Source: Anthoceros angustus (Eukaryota > Plantae > Anthocerotophyta). From it: 64,000 nt of DNA. The position numbers were made by a program, and so were the translations under genes. Shown one piece after another: positions 63,801 to 64,000 of this stretch (position 1 is its first letter; the number at the start of each line of letters is the position of its first letter). The DNA is taken from the NCBI GenBank assembly GCA_010909165.1, contig MU008170.1, positions 1,054,001 to 1,118,000 on the forward strand, given 5' to 3'. A model generated the notes under the pieces. The model was given only the letters and a program-made list of their open reading frames with translations, was not told the origin of the DNA and did not search any database.

Positions 63801-64000
63801 GTACTCCGGGTGCATGTGGAAGAGGCAATCCAGCAAATTGACTCGGATTTTGCCTACTACCACGCTGAGCTCCTCAAGGCGTTGGAAGCCTCTCAGCATC
63901 TGCGACAACGGGACGGACCTCCGGAAGGCTCGGAGGAGTGGAAGGGGAAGAAGGACATGGGGATAGCACGGGGGCCTTGGTGGCCTTGTTTGGGGCAGCG
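60878..64000. mobile_element. Repeat family copy 2, inserted into the Copia integrase; runs off the window
   Basis: Starts TGTGGACTACAGACTCTCCTCGGAGG immediately after integrase TPFERW. Colinear with copy 1. Confidence 0.7.

Overview
Eukaryotic nuclear DNA, most likely from a seed-free land plant such as a hornwort, other bryophyte or lycophyte. This is an inference from a spliced, plastid-targeted flavodiiron FLVA gene and the short GT-AG introns. A compact gene island at about 32-52 kb holds an unknown membrane protein, a rhomboid protease, an A_thal_3526-family gene, FLVA, a DPP-IV peptidase and RCL1. Nested transposon blocks flank it on both sides. The most notable region is 1-17 kb, where two divergent Ty3/Gypsy retrotransposons lie head to head and each carries a C5-cytosine DNA methyltransferase between protease and RT. 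Element 2 also has a PHD finger on its integrase, followed on the same strand by an unknown ORF and a ParB-like plus beta-class N6A/N4C DNA methyltransferase ORF. Element 1 appears to self-prime without a tRNA and carries an antisense 5S-rRNA-derived Pol III promoter in its leader. Also present are a CCCTA-ended CACTA element that splits an RNase H LINE (target-site duplication AAT), a Copia element, and two copies of a repeat with a coiled-coil ORF. Many small indels, including some in host genes, suggest unpolished long-read errors. All motif calls come from manual translation across frameshifts, and no database search was run.
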